Part shown: positions 1 to 9,716 of the stretch, piece by piece
Layout of the letters: each line of letters opens with the position of its first letter
Position numbering within the stretch: the stretch's first letter is position 1
Assembly: GCA_021730945.1 (NCBI GenBank)
Contig: JAKFYH010000028.1
Location: 1,472 to 65,471, forward strand
Source of the DNA: Acidobacteriota bacterium
GTDB taxonomy: Bacteria > Acidobacteriota > Vicinamibacteria > Vicinamibacterales > UBA2999
Direction of reading: 5' to 3'
Length of the DNA stretch: 64,000 nt
The notes under the pieces: model-generated
Seen by the model: the letters and a program-made list of their open reading frames with translations, nothing else
Databases searched by the model: none
What the model was told of the DNA's origin: nothing
Program-made: the position numbers and the translations under genes

Positions 1-30
1 CCAGATCACGAAGTTCAAGGAGTTCTCGTT

Positions 31-471
31 ATGTCAATGGATGTCGGCGGTTCCAAAGGTGGAATCAAATCGGACATCAACGTCACGCCCCTGGTGGACG
101 TCATGCTGGTGCTGCTCATCATTATGATGATCGTGGCCCCGCTGCTCCAGAAGGGCGCCGACGTAAAACTGCCGCTCGCCGCAAACACCGCGGACAAGCC
201 GGAAACGCAGGACCAGACGGTTGTCGCCATCGACAAGACCGACCGGTACTTCGTCAACGGCCTGCCGGTGCGCAAGGAAGAGTTGCGGCAGAAGGTCGAA
301 GAGATCCTCGAGACCAAGAAGGAGCGCATCATCCTCATCAAGGCTGACGAGGATGCGCGCTACTCCGCCGTCATGGACTGCATGGACGAACTGCGCGCCA
401 GCGGCATCGAGGACATGGGCCTGATCACCGACCCCAAGACCCGCGGCTTGCTGCAGGGCGGAGGCAACTAA
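31..471 (+). CDS. exbD: ExbD/TolR-family biopolymer transport protein
   Basis: 146-aa ORF. It has the single N-terminal TM helix 'INVTPLVDVMLVLLIIMMIVAPLL' typical of ExbD/TolR. An AAGGAG RBS lies at 17-22. It is followed by a paralog with overlapping stop/start. Confidence 0.85.
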   Translation: MSMDVGGSKGGIKSDINVTPLVDVMLVLLIIMMIVAPLLQKGADVKLPLAANTADKPETQDQTVVAIDKTDRYFVNGLPVRKEELRQKVEEILETKKERIILIKADEDARYSAVMDCMDELRASGIEDMGLITDPKTRGLLQGGGN

Positions 472-947
472 TGGCTCACGCACACCAGCACCTCGGCGCC
501 GACAAGGTCATTACCGCCAAGAAACTCGAAGTCAGCTCGGACATGAACATCACGCCGATGATCGACGTGCTGCTCGTACTCCTGGTGATCTTCATGGCCG
601 CCCTGCCGCTGTCGCAGAAGGGCCTCGACGTCAACCTGCCGGCCGAAACCAAGACCGCCGAGCAGACCCAGGTCGACGTGTCGCAGATCGTGATCGAATA
701 CACGGCCGACAAGAAGATCTCGATCAACAAGTCCGACGTGACCGTCGCCGACCTCGAAGACCGCCTGCGCAAGATCTACGAGGAACGCAAGGACAAGACC
801 CTGTTCATCGCCGGCGACGGCACCCTGCGCTACGGCGACATCGTCGAAGTGATCGACGCCGCCAAGGGCGCGGGCGTGGAAAAGGTCGGGATCATCACCG
901 AGGGCATGCGGCGCGCCGCTGCCGCCGGCCGCTCGGGCGGCAACTAG
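471..947 (+). CDS. exbD: ExbD/TolR-family biopolymer transport protein (second paralog)
   Basis: 158-aa ORF. The ATG at 471 shares one nt with the upstream TAA (TAATG). It has the TM helix 'MNITPMIDVLLVLLVIFMAALPL' followed by a periplasmic domain. Confidence 0.85.
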   Translation: MAHAHQHLGADKVITAKKLEVSSDMNITPMIDVLLVLLVIFMAALPLSQKGLDVNLPAETKTAEQTQVDVSQIVIEYTADKKISINKSDVTVADLEDRLRKIYEERKDKTLFIAGDGTLRYGDIVEVIDAAKGAGVEKVGIITEGMRRAAAAGRSGGN

Positions 948-971
948 GCAGCCGCTCCTGCTGAAATTCGA

Positions 972-1008
972 ACGGCCGCTCGGTTCACCGGGCGGCCGTT
1001 TTGTTTTG
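972..1008 (+). terminator. Rho-independent terminator after exbD pair
   Basis: The stem acggccgc(t)cgg / ccg(g)gcggccgt has loop ttca and is followed by TTTTGTTTTG. Confidence 0.6.
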
Positions 1009-1043
1009 TACGGAGCGGAACGCCGAGCGAAGCGAGGCGCCCG

Positions 1044-1140
1044 ACAAGGCGCGAAGCGCCGAGCCCCACGGGGCGCGATAGCGCCCCGCCCTACAAGGCG
1101 CGAAGCGCTGAGCCCAACGAGCGGCCCTGAGGCCGCTCGC
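1044..1140. repeat. Cluster of small GC hairpins with a 24-nt direct repeat
   Basis: acaaggcgcgaagcgc[c/t]gagccc occurs at 1044-1067 and 1093-1116, and each copy carries a GGCGC-GAA-GCGC[C/T] mini-hairpin (the second copy has a terminal G:T). Two more hairpins are ggggcgc-gata-gcgcccc (1070-1087) and gagcggcc-ctga-ggccgctc (1119-1138). Confidence 0.6.
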
Positions 1141-1141
1141 C

Positions 1142-2872
1142 CTAGTAGCTCGGCGGCGGCACCAGGCCGAGCTCCCTCAGCTCCGGCAGGCCCTTGTCGG
1201 CATTCTTCCAGATCTTCCTGAGCTCGCCATAGGCGCCCATGGCGCGGGTCATGTCCTTGACCGCAACCGAGGCCCGGCCCAGGCCCAAAAGCGACAGGGC
1301 GCGCCTGGGATTGCGCTGGAGGGACGCTTCAAAGGCCGGGATCGCCTCCTTGGGACGGCGCAGATCCATCAGCATCTCGCCGACCAGCTCATGGGCCGGC
1401 TTCACCGGGACCGGTGGGCCAAACTCGAATGACATGCCGTCTTCAACCACGGCAGCCTGACGGGCCAGCACCAGGGCCTCTTCGCGCCGGCCCTCGGAGA
1501 ACAGCAGGATGGCCTCGAGTTGCTGCGCCATGACCTGGACCGCGCGCTTGTCGCCACCGGCGCCGGCGGCCGGCAGTCCCGCGGCCGGCTGGCCACTGTG
1601 CCCGGCATGCGGCTCTACCACGGGGGTAATGCCCGCTCGCGTCGAACTGGACGCCGCCGGCTTACCGGTCACCGGCGAGACGGCGCTGGCCTGGGCCGTG
1701 CCGGGCGGCGGGTCAGCCATCAGCGCGGCAATTTGCTGCAGGGCATCCCCACCGGCGCGCCGGTTGCCCGACCGGATGGCCGCCACGCCAATGGCAAACA
1801 AGTCCGCACTGGCCGCCTCGGCGCCCAGGCCCTGTGACGGTACCGCCGTCCTGACATCGCCCCATTTGCGCGATTCAATCAACCAGGCTGCTCTCGCCAG
1901 GGCCAGATGGCTCCGCGTGCGAACCGAGCCGCTGCTTTGGGCGTCGGCCTCCATCGCCGACAGGACGGTGCGCGCCTCCTCAAACCGGCCCTGCTGGGCG
2001 TAGCCATAGACCAGCCACAACATCGCGTGGAAGCCGCGGGCATCGACGTCCAGCCCCTTCTGTTCGCGACGGGCATCGGCGGCCTTCACCGACCGCTCGT
2101 TGATCGCCGACGCCTCGTCCCACATGCCGAGGGCGAAATAGATGTGCGAAGGCATATGCAGGGCATGTGACGCCGCCGGCGCGATCGACGAGTAGGCATC
2201 GGCAAAGCGAAGGCCCAGGGGGGCGTGAACCGGATCGTCGTAGGAATGGATCAGGTAGTGAGCAGCTCCCGGGTGACGCGGGTTCTTTGCGTAGACCTGC
2301 TCGACCAGCGCCGCCGCCTTCATGTAGATCGAGAAATCGCGGCCGTTGTGACTGGTGCCGAGCAGCGCCAAGGCGTAGAACGCCGTGACTTCATCGTCGG
2401 CGGGATACCTCTCGTGCATGCGCTGCATGTGCCCGGCGTAGGCGCGGTCGCGCGCCAGCTTGGTGGTGCCAGCGCCGTACAGCAGCTCGAGCGAGGCGAG
2501 CCAGTCCTTCTCCTTCGCGGTCGGTGCCTTGGCCACCCGGGCATCCGCGGTGGGCGCCAGGCGCGCCAGGGCGGCCTGGGCCTGCTCCGGGGCCGTTTGC
2601 TGCCATACCGGGTGGTTGTAGGTCATGGCCTCGCCCCAGTAAGCCATGGCAAAGCCGGGGTCGGTCTTCTGGGCCTCGACAAACGCCTCCCGGGCATCGT
2701 CGTACTCGAAGCTGTGCAGCAGTAACACGCCTTTCAGGAAGGCCGGCTGTGCCGCCGCAAAACCCGACGTGGGGAAGTCGATACGACCGAGCTGGTCTTG
2801 CTGGGCCAGGGGCGCCTCGGTCGTGCCAACCATGAGAAGCCCGACGAGGAGCAACGTGACGGGTCTGACCAT
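1142..2872 (-). CDS. Secreted TPR-repeat protein, function unknown
   Basis: 576-aa ORF with a signal peptide 'VTLLLVGLLMVGTTEAPLAQQ'. TPR-like helical repeats run throughout, and there is a low-complexity P/A/G linker. Confidence 0.6.
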   Translation of the reverse strand: MVRPVTLLLVGLLMVGTTEAPLAQQDQLGRIDFPTSGFAAAQPAFLKGVLLLHSFEYDDAREAFVEAQKTDPGFAMAYWGEAMTYNHPVWQQTAPEQAQAALARLAPTADARVAKAPTAKEKDWLASLELLYGAGTTKLARDRAYAGHMQRMHERYPADDEVTAFYALALLGTSHNGRDFSIYMKAAALVEQVYAKNPRHPGAAHYLIHSYDDPVHAPLGLRFADAYSSIAPAASHALHMPSHIYFALGMWDEASAINERSVKAADARREQKGLDVDARGFHAMLWLVYGYAQQGRFEEARTVLSAMEADAQSSGSVRTRSHLALARAAWLIESRKWGDVRTAVPSQGLGAEAASADLFAIGVAAIRSGNRRAGGDALQQIAALMADPPPGTAQASAVSPVTGKPAASSSTRAGITPVVEPHAGHSGQPAAGLPAAGAGGDKRAVQVMAQQLEAILLFSEGRREEALVLARQAAVVEDGMSFEFGPPVPVKPAHELVGEMLMDLRRPKEAIPAFEASLQRNPRRALSLLGLGRASVAVKDMTRAMGAYGELRKIWKNADKGLPELRELGLVPPPSY

Positions 2873-2923
2873 TCAGGGAATATAACGCATCCGCCTCCGC
2901 ATCACGGGTGTCGGCCCAAACGA

Positions 2924-2957
2924 AAAAGGGGCGGGTCCGACGGACCCGCCCCTTTCG
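2924..2957 (-). terminator. Rho-independent terminator after the TonB-dependent receptor gene
   Basis: On the minus strand the stem aggggcgggtcc-gtcg-ggacccgcccct is followed by TTTTCGTTT. Confidence 0.7.
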
Positions 2958-3013
2958 ATCTTCGTAACCGAGGACTTCAGGTCCCAGGACTCAAGTCCCA
3001 GGCCCCCTGGTCC

Positions 3014-6000
3014 CTAGTTAAAGAAGTAACGGAAGCTGAACATCACCTTGTAGACGTCGTTCAGGTCCGAGGTCTGCTGGTAGCTCTGTGACATCAGCGC
3101 GCCGTTGACCACGCGCAGGCGGTAGGTCGACCGGCCGGCCGAGTCAACGCCGGGGTTGGTCAGCGGCGAGTTCGAGATGAGCCGCTGTGACACGCCCCAG
3201 TTCTTGTTGAGCAGGTTGCCGAGGTTGATGAAGTCGGCGCGGAACTGGAAGCGCTGACGCGAGCCGCCGATGGTCTTGAAGACGTCCTGCGCGACGCTCA
3301 GGTCCATGCGCTTGACGAACGGCAGGAACACGGCGTTACGGCCGGCGTACTCGCCACGGTGCGCGCTCAAGTACTTGTCCTGGGCGATGTACGACTCCCA
3401 GGCCGCCGCCTGCTGGTCGGCGGTGTAGGTGACGCCGCCCGTGGTAAACGTCGAGAAATTCATCTCGCCGGTGTTGCGCGCGATGTAGATCAGGTCGTTG
3501 CCGGTGGCGCTGTCGCCGTTGGCGTCGCCCGAGAAGATGTAGCTGGTGTTGCCAATCGTGCGCGCTTCCCAGAACAGCGAGAACGACGTGGCGCCGAAGC
3601 CGAAGTACTCGCGGCGATAGTTGGCCGAGACGAAGACGCGGTGTCCGGGCGAGTTGTTGCTGAAGGCCACGCCGGGGTTGTTCGGGTCGCCGGAGTGGGC
3701 GTTGCCGAAGAACGAACCGTTGGCGATGGAACCCGGGTCGATGGTGTTCTTGGCCTCGCCGTAGTTATACGCCGCCTGGAGGAAGCCGTCGCGGAACGTC
3801 TTCTTGGCGGTCGTGGTGAGGTTCCAGTTTCGGCCGATGTTCTGGTTCTTCATCACCGTGGCGTCGGTGATGGTGGAGTTGATGCGATTGCTGGTCCAGC
3901 GGGGACGCGTATCGGCGCCGACGAAGCTGGTCTGCGCCGCCGGCAGGTTGGCGTTGATGTAGTAGATGCCGTTGACATCGGTGCCGTAGAGGAACTCGGC
4001 GGTGCCGACCACGCCCCAGGGCAGCTTCTGGTCGACGGCGATATTGGTGCGCCACACCTGCGGGAACTTGAAATCCTTGTCGGTGATGGCCAGGTTGGTG
4101 CTGGTGGGCGGCGCGCCGGTCACGGTGGCGGGCTTGTAGGCATCGGGATTGGGATTGAACGGATAGGCGGTGGTGCCGCCCGTGCCCGAGTCAATGAAGC
4201 CGGTCTGCATGCCGGTGTTGCCGATCTGGTTCGAAATCCAGACGAACAACGGCTTGCCCGTGAACACGCCGGTGCCGCCGCGCACCTGGGTGTTGCGGTT
4301 CCTGAACACATCCCAGTTGAAGCCGACGCGCGGCGAAATCAGCGGGTTGGCATCGGGCAGCTTGCCGGTCGAGTACTGGACCGAGCCGCCGGTCTCATCG
4401 CGGAAGGTCAGGCCGTCGGCCACCGGGTTGGCAATACCGGTGTCCTCGAACTGGGCGACGTCGACGCGCACGCCGGCGATCACCTTGATGTTATCGGCCA
4501 CCGTCCACTCGTCCTGGGCGTAGGCGCCCCAGTAGAGCACATCGAGCGGCTGCAGCGGCTTGTCGGCGCCGGGGATGTTGTTGTAGCGCACCTGGAAGCG
4601 CGCCAATGTGACCGGCGAGGTCGTGCGGTTCGGGTTGGCGATGTAGCTGTTGGCGTCGGTGTAGAAGTCAGCGAGCGAGTTGTAGACGTAGGCGCTCTGC
4701 TTGCCGGGGAAGAAGACGTTCTCTGAACGATACTTCTCGGCGCTGAACCCGACCGTGATCGAATGCTTCTCGCCGAACCGGGTCAGGCTGTCCTGGACCT
4801 GGAAAGTCTTGTAGCGCAGCTCGTTGTTGGGCGTAAACGGCTCCGAGCCGAACGTCGTGTAGACCGAGCCGGCCTGGAGGATGTCGACCATCGGGAACAG
4901 CTTGCCGACGTCGCCGCGGCTTTCGTCCGACTGCCCGTAGCCGACGATCAGCGAGTTGGCCATCTTGGTGCCGATGATCGTGTTGAGCTCACCGATGCCG
5001 TACTTGTTGTTCTCGAGAATCGTGTAGTTCGACGCCTGGAAGTTCAGACCGAACGTCGAGGTGCGGCGATTGCCGAAGCCGAGCGAGGTCGAGTTCGACA
5101 GCAGGACGTCGGTATCTGAATCGAGCTGGTTGTAGCGGAACGTCAGCTTGTTGCGGTTGTTCAGGTTGTAGTCGAACTTCGCCAGCACCCGGCGCCCAGG
5201 GGTCGCAAACGGGTAGTCCTGGTAGCCGCCGGTGTCGTAGCCGAAATTGGTCTTGAGAAACGCGCTGAGCGTGTCGAGGTCGCTCGCCAGCACGCGGGTG
5301 ACGCTGCCGCCCACCGCTTCGCCGCCCGCGTTGGCGCGGAACGTCGTGCCGGGCTGCTCGGTCTTCTCGCCTTCCATGCTGCCAAAGAAGAACAGCTTGT
5401 TCCTGAGGATGGGTCCCGACACCCAGCCGCCGCCGTTCTTGAAGTCGAAAGTGCCAGGGTTGACGATGGCGTCCTTGGCTTCGGTGCCGACCAGGCTGTT
5501 GTCGCGGAACTGGTAGAAGCCGCTGGCGGCAAACTGGTTCGCGCCGCTGCGGGTGACGCTGTTGACGCCGGCGCCGACGAAGTTGCCCTGGCGCACGTCA
5601 TACGGCGCGACGCTGACCTGGACCTGCTCGATCGCTTCCATCGAGATCGGCGCCACGTTGGTGCGCTCGCCGGGCGCCGAGCCCAGGCCGAACGAGTTGT
5701 TGAAGTAGGAGCCGTCCACCGTGATGTTGTTCATGCCGGAGCCCTGGCCGGCGACCGACAGGCCGCGGGCTTCCGGGGCCAGGCGGACGATGCTGTCAAT
5801 GCGGTTGTTGATGGTCGGCAGCGCGGCGATGGTCTCGCGGCTGACCGAGGTGGCCGAACCCGTGCGATCGGAGTTGAAGACCGTGTCGGATTTGGCGGTG
5901 ACCGTGACCGTTTCACTGATCGCGATGTTGCGCAGCGTGAACTCGAGGTCGGTAGCACCGCCCAGGTTCACCATCACGTTGTCCTGGGTCTCGGGCTGGA

Positions 6001-6280
6001 ACGCCGCGGCGCCGGTGCCGGACGCCGCCACGGTCACCGAGTAAGGACCGCCCACGCGCATGCCGGGCATCGAGAAGCGGCCGTCGGCGCGCGTCGTGGC
6101 CTCGTAGCTGCTACCCGAGGGCAGGTGGATGGCAATCACGCTGGCGCCAACCACGGCCTGCTGCTGGGAATCGACCACCTTGCCGCTGAGTTGGCCGGTG
6201 GTGACGCCCTGGGCGCCGGCGGAGGTGGCCAAGGCAAGAATGCTGAGAAGGGAGAAGGCAAACCTAGTCAAATGTTTCAT
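3014..6280 (-). CDS. TonB-dependent outer-membrane receptor, Oar-like (carboxypeptidase-regulatory N-domain)
   Basis: The ORF is 3014..6343; the likely start is 'MKHLTRFAFSLLSILALATSAGAQG' at 6280. The N-terminal segment 'GKVVDSQQQAVVGASVIAIHL...GRFSMPGMRVGGPYSVTV' looks like a CarbopepD-regulatory fold. A plug region and a long beta-barrel with an aromatic-rich C-terminus follow. Confidence 0.85.
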   Translation of the reverse strand: MKHLTRFAFSLLSILALATSAGAQGVTTGQLSGKVVDSQQQAVVGASVIAIHLPSGSSYEATTRADGRFSMPGMRVGGPYSVTVAASGTGAAAFQPETQDNVMVNLGGATDLEFTLRNIAISETVTVTAKSDTVFNSDRTGSATSVSRETIAALPTINNRIDSIVRLAPEARGLSVAGQGSGMNNITVDGSYFNNSFGLGSAPGERTNVAPISMEAIEQVQVSVAPYDVRQGNFVGAGVNSVTRSGANQFAASGFYQFRDNSLVGTEAKDAIVNPGTFDFKNGGGWVSGPILRNKLFFFGSMEGEKTEQPGTTFRANAGGEAVGGSVTRVLASDLDTLSAFLKTNFGYDTGGYQDYPFATPGRRVLAKFDYNLNNRNKLTFRYNQLDSDTDVLLSNSTSLGFGNRRTSTFGLNFQASNYTILENNKYGIGELNTIIGTKMANSLIVGYGQSDESRGDVGKLFPMVDILQAGSVYTTFGSEPFTPNNELRYKTFQVQDSLTRFGEKHSITVGFSAEKYRSENVFFPGKQSAYVYNSLADFYTDANSYIANPNRTTSPVTLARFQVRYNNIPGADKPLQPLDVLYWGAYAQDEWTVADNIKVIAGVRVDVAQFEDTGIANPVADGLTFRDETGGSVQYSTGKLPDANPLISPRVGFNWDVFRNRNTQVRGGTGVFTGKPLFVWISNQIGNTGMQTGFIDSGTGGTTAYPFNPNPDAYKPATVTGAPPTSTNLAITDKDFKFPQVWRTNIAVDQKLPWGVVGTAEFLYGTDVNGIYYINANLPAAQTSFVGADTRPRWTSNRINSTITDATVMKNQNIGRNWNLTTTAKKTFRDGFLQAAYNYGEAKNTIDPGSIANGSFFGNAHSGDPNNPGVAFSNNSPGHRVFVSANYRREYFGFGATSFSLFWEARTIGNTSYIFSGDANGDSATGNDLIYIARNTGEMNFSTFTTGGVTYTADQQAAAWESYIAQDKYLSAHRGEYAGRNAVFLPFVKRMDLSVAQDVFKTIGGSRQRFQFRADFINLGNLLNKNWGVSQRLISNSPLTNPGVDSAGRSTYRLRVVNGALMSQSYQQTSDLNDVYKVMFSFRYFFN

Positions 6281-6339
6281 GTGTACATCGCTCCTGAACA
6301 GTGCAGAATTATCGCACTTGCGAGTGACGAGCGGGTAAC

Positions 6340-6378
6340 ACAAAAGGGCCGGCCCGCTGACGGCGGAACCGGCCCTCT
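6340..6378 (-). terminator. Probable terminator after the TPR lipoprotein gene
   Basis: On the minus strand the stem GGGCCGG...CCGGCCC is followed by TTTTGTGTT. Confidence 0.55.
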
Positions 6379-6426
6379 TGTTGGGTTCTTGGTCGATCGC
6401 CCAATGAGGCGACCGAGAGATAAACG

Positions 6427-7371
6427 CTAGCTCGCCGAGCGGGCCTTGCGCATCTCGTTGGCCTTGTCGCCGAGCGCAGTGCCCTGGCGGATCAGCTCCT
6501 GCTGCTTCTTCGGGTCCTTTTCGACCAGCGCCTGCGTGCGCAGCAGCAGGCCCTTGTAGGTCATGGCCTCGACATAGTCGGGCTTGAGTTCGAGGGCCTT
6601 GTCGACCGCCGTGATGCCGTCGAGGATGATCTGCATCTTTTCCTTGTCAGAGAGGCGGAAGTCGCGCGACGCCTTGTCCCAGCTGTAGGTGGCCAGCCGG
6701 TAATGGGCCTCGGGGTTGCTCGGCTCGAGCTCGATGTTCTTGCGGATGTTCTCGATCAGCTTCTCGAAATCGCCCTGGCGGTTGTAGTAACCGGCCACGG
6801 TCAGGTACACCGTCGGTTCGTTCGGCTTGGCGTCCCGGCCCTTCAGGTAGGTGGCTTCCGCCAGCTCGTACTCGCCCGAGTCCTCATAGATCTTGGCGAG
6901 CTGGAAGTAGTTGGCCGGCTCGTTGGGCGCCAGTTCGATCATGCGCTGGACGACCGGTTCAGCCAGCGTCGGGTCGGCCAGCTTGTCGGGGCCGTAGGCC
7001 GCGACCAGGAACTCCAGCGCGAGCGACCGCTTGGGCACGGTCTCTTCGGTCAGCTTTTCGCTGGCCAGCTTGTAGTTGGCGACGGCCTTCGCCATCAATT
7101 CGTCGTTGGCTGGCTCGCCCTTGCGGGCCGGCCGGTACATGTTGTCGTACGAGTTGGCCAGGTAGAAGTAGATGGCGGCGTTGTTCGGGTCCTGCGCCAC
7201 CGCTTCTTCGTACTTTTCGGCCGCCGCCCGCCAGTCGCTGGCGCCGTAGGCCTTGTTGCCGTCCTTGAACGCCTTCATGGCGCGGACCTCGCCGATATAT
7301 CCGCAACCGGCAAGCGCGACGCCCAGTCCCATAACCAGCGCCAAACACGCTGCCGAAGACCGCATTCTCAT
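6427..7371 (-). CDS. TPR-repeat lipoprotein
   Basis: The likely start is 'MRMRSSAACLALVMGLGVALAGCGY', which carries a lipobox LAGC. TPR-like repeats follow (for example 'AIYFYLANSYDNMY' and 'ANYFQLAKIYEDSGEYELAEATY'). Confidence 0.65.
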   Translation of the reverse strand: MRMRSSAACLALVMGLGVALAGCGYIGEVRAMKAFKDGNKAYGASDWRAAAEKYEEAVAQDPNNAAIYFYLANSYDNMYRPARKGEPANDELMAKAVANYKLASEKLTEETVPKRSLALEFLVAAYGPDKLADPTLAEPVVQRMIELAPNEPANYFQLAKIYEDSGEYELAEATYLKGRDAKPNEPTVYLTVAGYYNRQGDFEKLIENIRKNIELEPSNPEAHYRLATYSWDKASRDFRLSDKEKMQIILDGITAVDKALELKPDYVEAMTYKGLLLRTQALVEKDPKKQQELIRQGTALGDKANEMRKARSAS

Positions 7372-7541
7372 CAGAATTCCCCCTGTAAGTCCCTGTAAAA
7401 CACGTTCAAGTCGCAAGGCCGGAAAGTATAGCTTCGATTCCCGACCCCCCGCAACCTCGACCCGGGTCATGCCCTAAGATGGAGCAAGACGCTCCCCCAA
7501 CGGCCATTTCGGACCGATAAGGCAATTAGACACCGAACTTG

Positions 7542-9716
7542 ATGATTCGCTTCGAGGATCTGCTGGATAAAGTCAGGGCCTACAGCCCGGACGCCGATTT
7601 GGAGCTGTTGCGCCGGGCCTACGTTTTCTCGGCCCTGGAGCACAAGGGACAGATCCGCCATTCCGGCGAACCCTACCTCGTCCATCCCCTGGAAGTGTCG
7701 GACATCCTCGCCGACATGAAGCTGGACCCGGTCTGCATTGCCGCCGGCCTGCTGCATGACGTGGTCGAGGATACGCTGACCACCCCGGACAAGATCCGCG
7801 AGAAGTTCGGCGAGGACGTCGCCCATATCGTTGAGGGCGTGACCAAGATCGGCGCCATCCCCTTCTCGTCCACCGAGGAGCGCCAGGCGGAGAACTTCCG
7901 CAAGATGCTGCTGGCGATGGTCGACGACATTCGCGTCATCCTCGTCAAGCTGGCCGACCGGCTGCACAACATGCGCACGCTGCAGCACATGGCCGACGAC
8001 AAGCGCGTGCGGATCGCCCAGGAGACGCTCGACATCTACGCGCCGATCGCCAACCGCCTCGGCATGAGCCGCATCAAGAACGAGCTGGAGGAGCTGTCGT
8101 TCCGCTACCTCGAGCCGGCCGCCTTCGAGGCGCTGCGCGGCAAGGTTGAAGCCAAGCGCAAGCCCACCGAGGGCATGATCGAGCAGCTCACCGCCGACCT
8201 GCGCGACAAGTTACGCGAGGCGCAGGTGCCGGTCATCAGCGTCGATGGCCGCGTCAAGCGCCTCTACAGCATCTGGCTCAAGCTCAAGGCCCAGAAGATC
8301 GATCTCGAGCAGGTCTACGATTTCGTCGCCCTGCGCATCGTCACGCCGTCGGTCAAGGACTGCTATGCGACGCTCGGGATCATCCACCAGACCTGGTCGC
8401 CGGTGCCGGGCAGGATCAAGGACTTCATCGCGATGCCGCGGCCCAACGGTTACCAGTCGCTGCACACCTCGGTGATCAGCGACCGCGGCTTTCCGTTCGA
8501 AGTGCAGATCCGCACCGAGGAGATGCACCGGCTGGCCGAGGAAGGCATTGCCGCGCACTGGAAGTACAAGGAAGGCCGGGTCGGCGCCGGCCGCGACGAG
8601 CAGTACTTCCAGTGGCTGCGCCAGTTGCTCGAATGGCAGCAGGATACCCGCGACCCGCAGGAGTTCCTCTCGAACCTCAAGATCGACCTCTACCCCGAGG
8701 AGGTCTACACCTTTACGCCGCGCGGCACGGTGAAGGTGCTGCCCAAGGGCTCGACCGCGATCGACTTTGCCTACGCCATTCACACCGACGTCGGCCACCA
8801 GTGCGTCGGCGCCCGCGTCAACGGCCGCATGGTGCCGCTGCGCACCCGCCTCAAGAATGGCGACATCGTCGAGATCATCCGCAACGCCTCCCACAAGCCG
8901 AGCCGCGACTGGCTGAACTTTGCCGTCACCTCGCGCGCGCGCAACAAGATCAAGCACCTGATCCAGGCCGAGGAGAAGGAGCGCGCCGTCGAGCTCGGCA
9001 AGCGGGTGTTCGACAAGGAAGCGCGGCGCTTCGGCCTGAACGGCACCAAGCTGGTGGATGGTGAGGCGATGCAGAAGATCCTCGCCGAGTTCGCCGCCGC
9101 CAAGCCCGAGGACCTGCTGGCCCAGATCGGCTACGGCAAGGTCTCGCCGCGCCTGGTGCTCGACAAGATCGTGCCGCAGGACCAACTGAAGGAGCAGGCG
9201 CCCGAGCACCCGGTGGTGTCGGCGGTCAAGCGCGTGCTGCGCACGGGCAGCGAGCCCGACCGCATCAAGGTGCGCGGCGCCGACGATGTAATGGTGTTTC
9301 GGGCCAAGTGCTGCAACCCGATTCGCGGGGAGCAAATCGTGGGCTACATCACCCGTGGCAAGGGAGTGTCGGTCCATTCGGCGAAGTGTCCCAACGTCAT
9401 CAACCTGATGTACGACCCCGAGCGCCGGATTGACGTTGAATGGGACAAGGGCGCGGACGTCGCGCCCTATACGGTCAGGCTCACCATTGAAGTGGAAGAT
9501 CGGAAGGGGATGCTGGCCGAACTGAGCCAGCGGATTTCCGACATCAACACCAACATCACCAACATGGAAGCCCGCACCGGTGACCAGCGCGCCCGCATCG
9601 ACGTGACCGTCGAGATCAAGGACATGAAGCACCTGGAGCAGGTGATCAAGGCCGTGCGCGGGATCAAGGGAGTGCTGAAGGTGGAGCGGTCGTCGCCTAT
9701 CCCAGAACGGCGATGA
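7542..9716 (+). CDS. rel: Bifunctional (p)ppGpp synthetase/hydrolase (RelA/SpoT homolog)
   Basis: 724 aa. It has the HD hydrolase motif 'HPLEV...LLHDVVEDT', a synthetase core 'YQSLHTSV...EVQIRT', a TGS region and a C-terminal ACT-like domain. Confidence 0.95.
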   Translation: MIRFEDLLDKVRAYSPDADLELLRRAYVFSALEHKGQIRHSGEPYLVHPLEVSDILADMKLDPVCIAAGLLHDVVEDTLTTPDKIREKFGEDVAHIVEGVTKIGAIPFSSTEERQAENFRKMLLAMVDDIRVILVKLADRLHNMRTLQHMADDKRVRIAQETLDIYAPIANRLGMSRIKNELEELSFRYLEPAAFEALRGKVEAKRKPTEGMIEQLTADLRDKLREAQVPVISVDGRVKRLYSIWLKLKAQKIDLEQVYDFVALRIVTPSVKDCYATLGIIHQTWSPVPGRIKDFIAMPRPNGYQSLHTSVISDRGFPFEVQIRTEEMHRLAEEGIAAHWKYKEGRVGAGRDEQYFQWLRQLLEWQQDTRDPQEFLSNLKIDLYPEEVYTFTPRGTVKVLPKGSTAIDFAYAIHTDVGHQCVGARVNGRMVPLRTRLKNGDIVEIIRNASHKPSRDWLNFAVTSRARNKIKHLIQAEEKERAVELGKRVFDKEARRFGLNGTKLVDGEAMQKILAEFAAAKPEDLLAQIGYGKVSPRLVLDKIVPQDQLKEQAPEHPVVSAVKRVLRTGSEPDRIKVRGADDVMVFRAKCCNPIRGEQIVGYITRGKGVSVHSAKCPNVINLMYDPERRIDVEWDKGADVAPYTVRLTIEVEDRKGMLAELSQRISDINTNITNMEARTGDQRARIDVTVEIKDMKHLEQVIKAVRGIKGVLKVERSSPIPERR

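Noticed and set aside
1006-1221. A 71-aa Arg/Ala-rich plus-strand ORF in the hairpin cluster.
   Set aside because: It is the translation of palindromic GC repeats and overlaps the 3' end of the convergent TPR gene. It has no RBS or motif.
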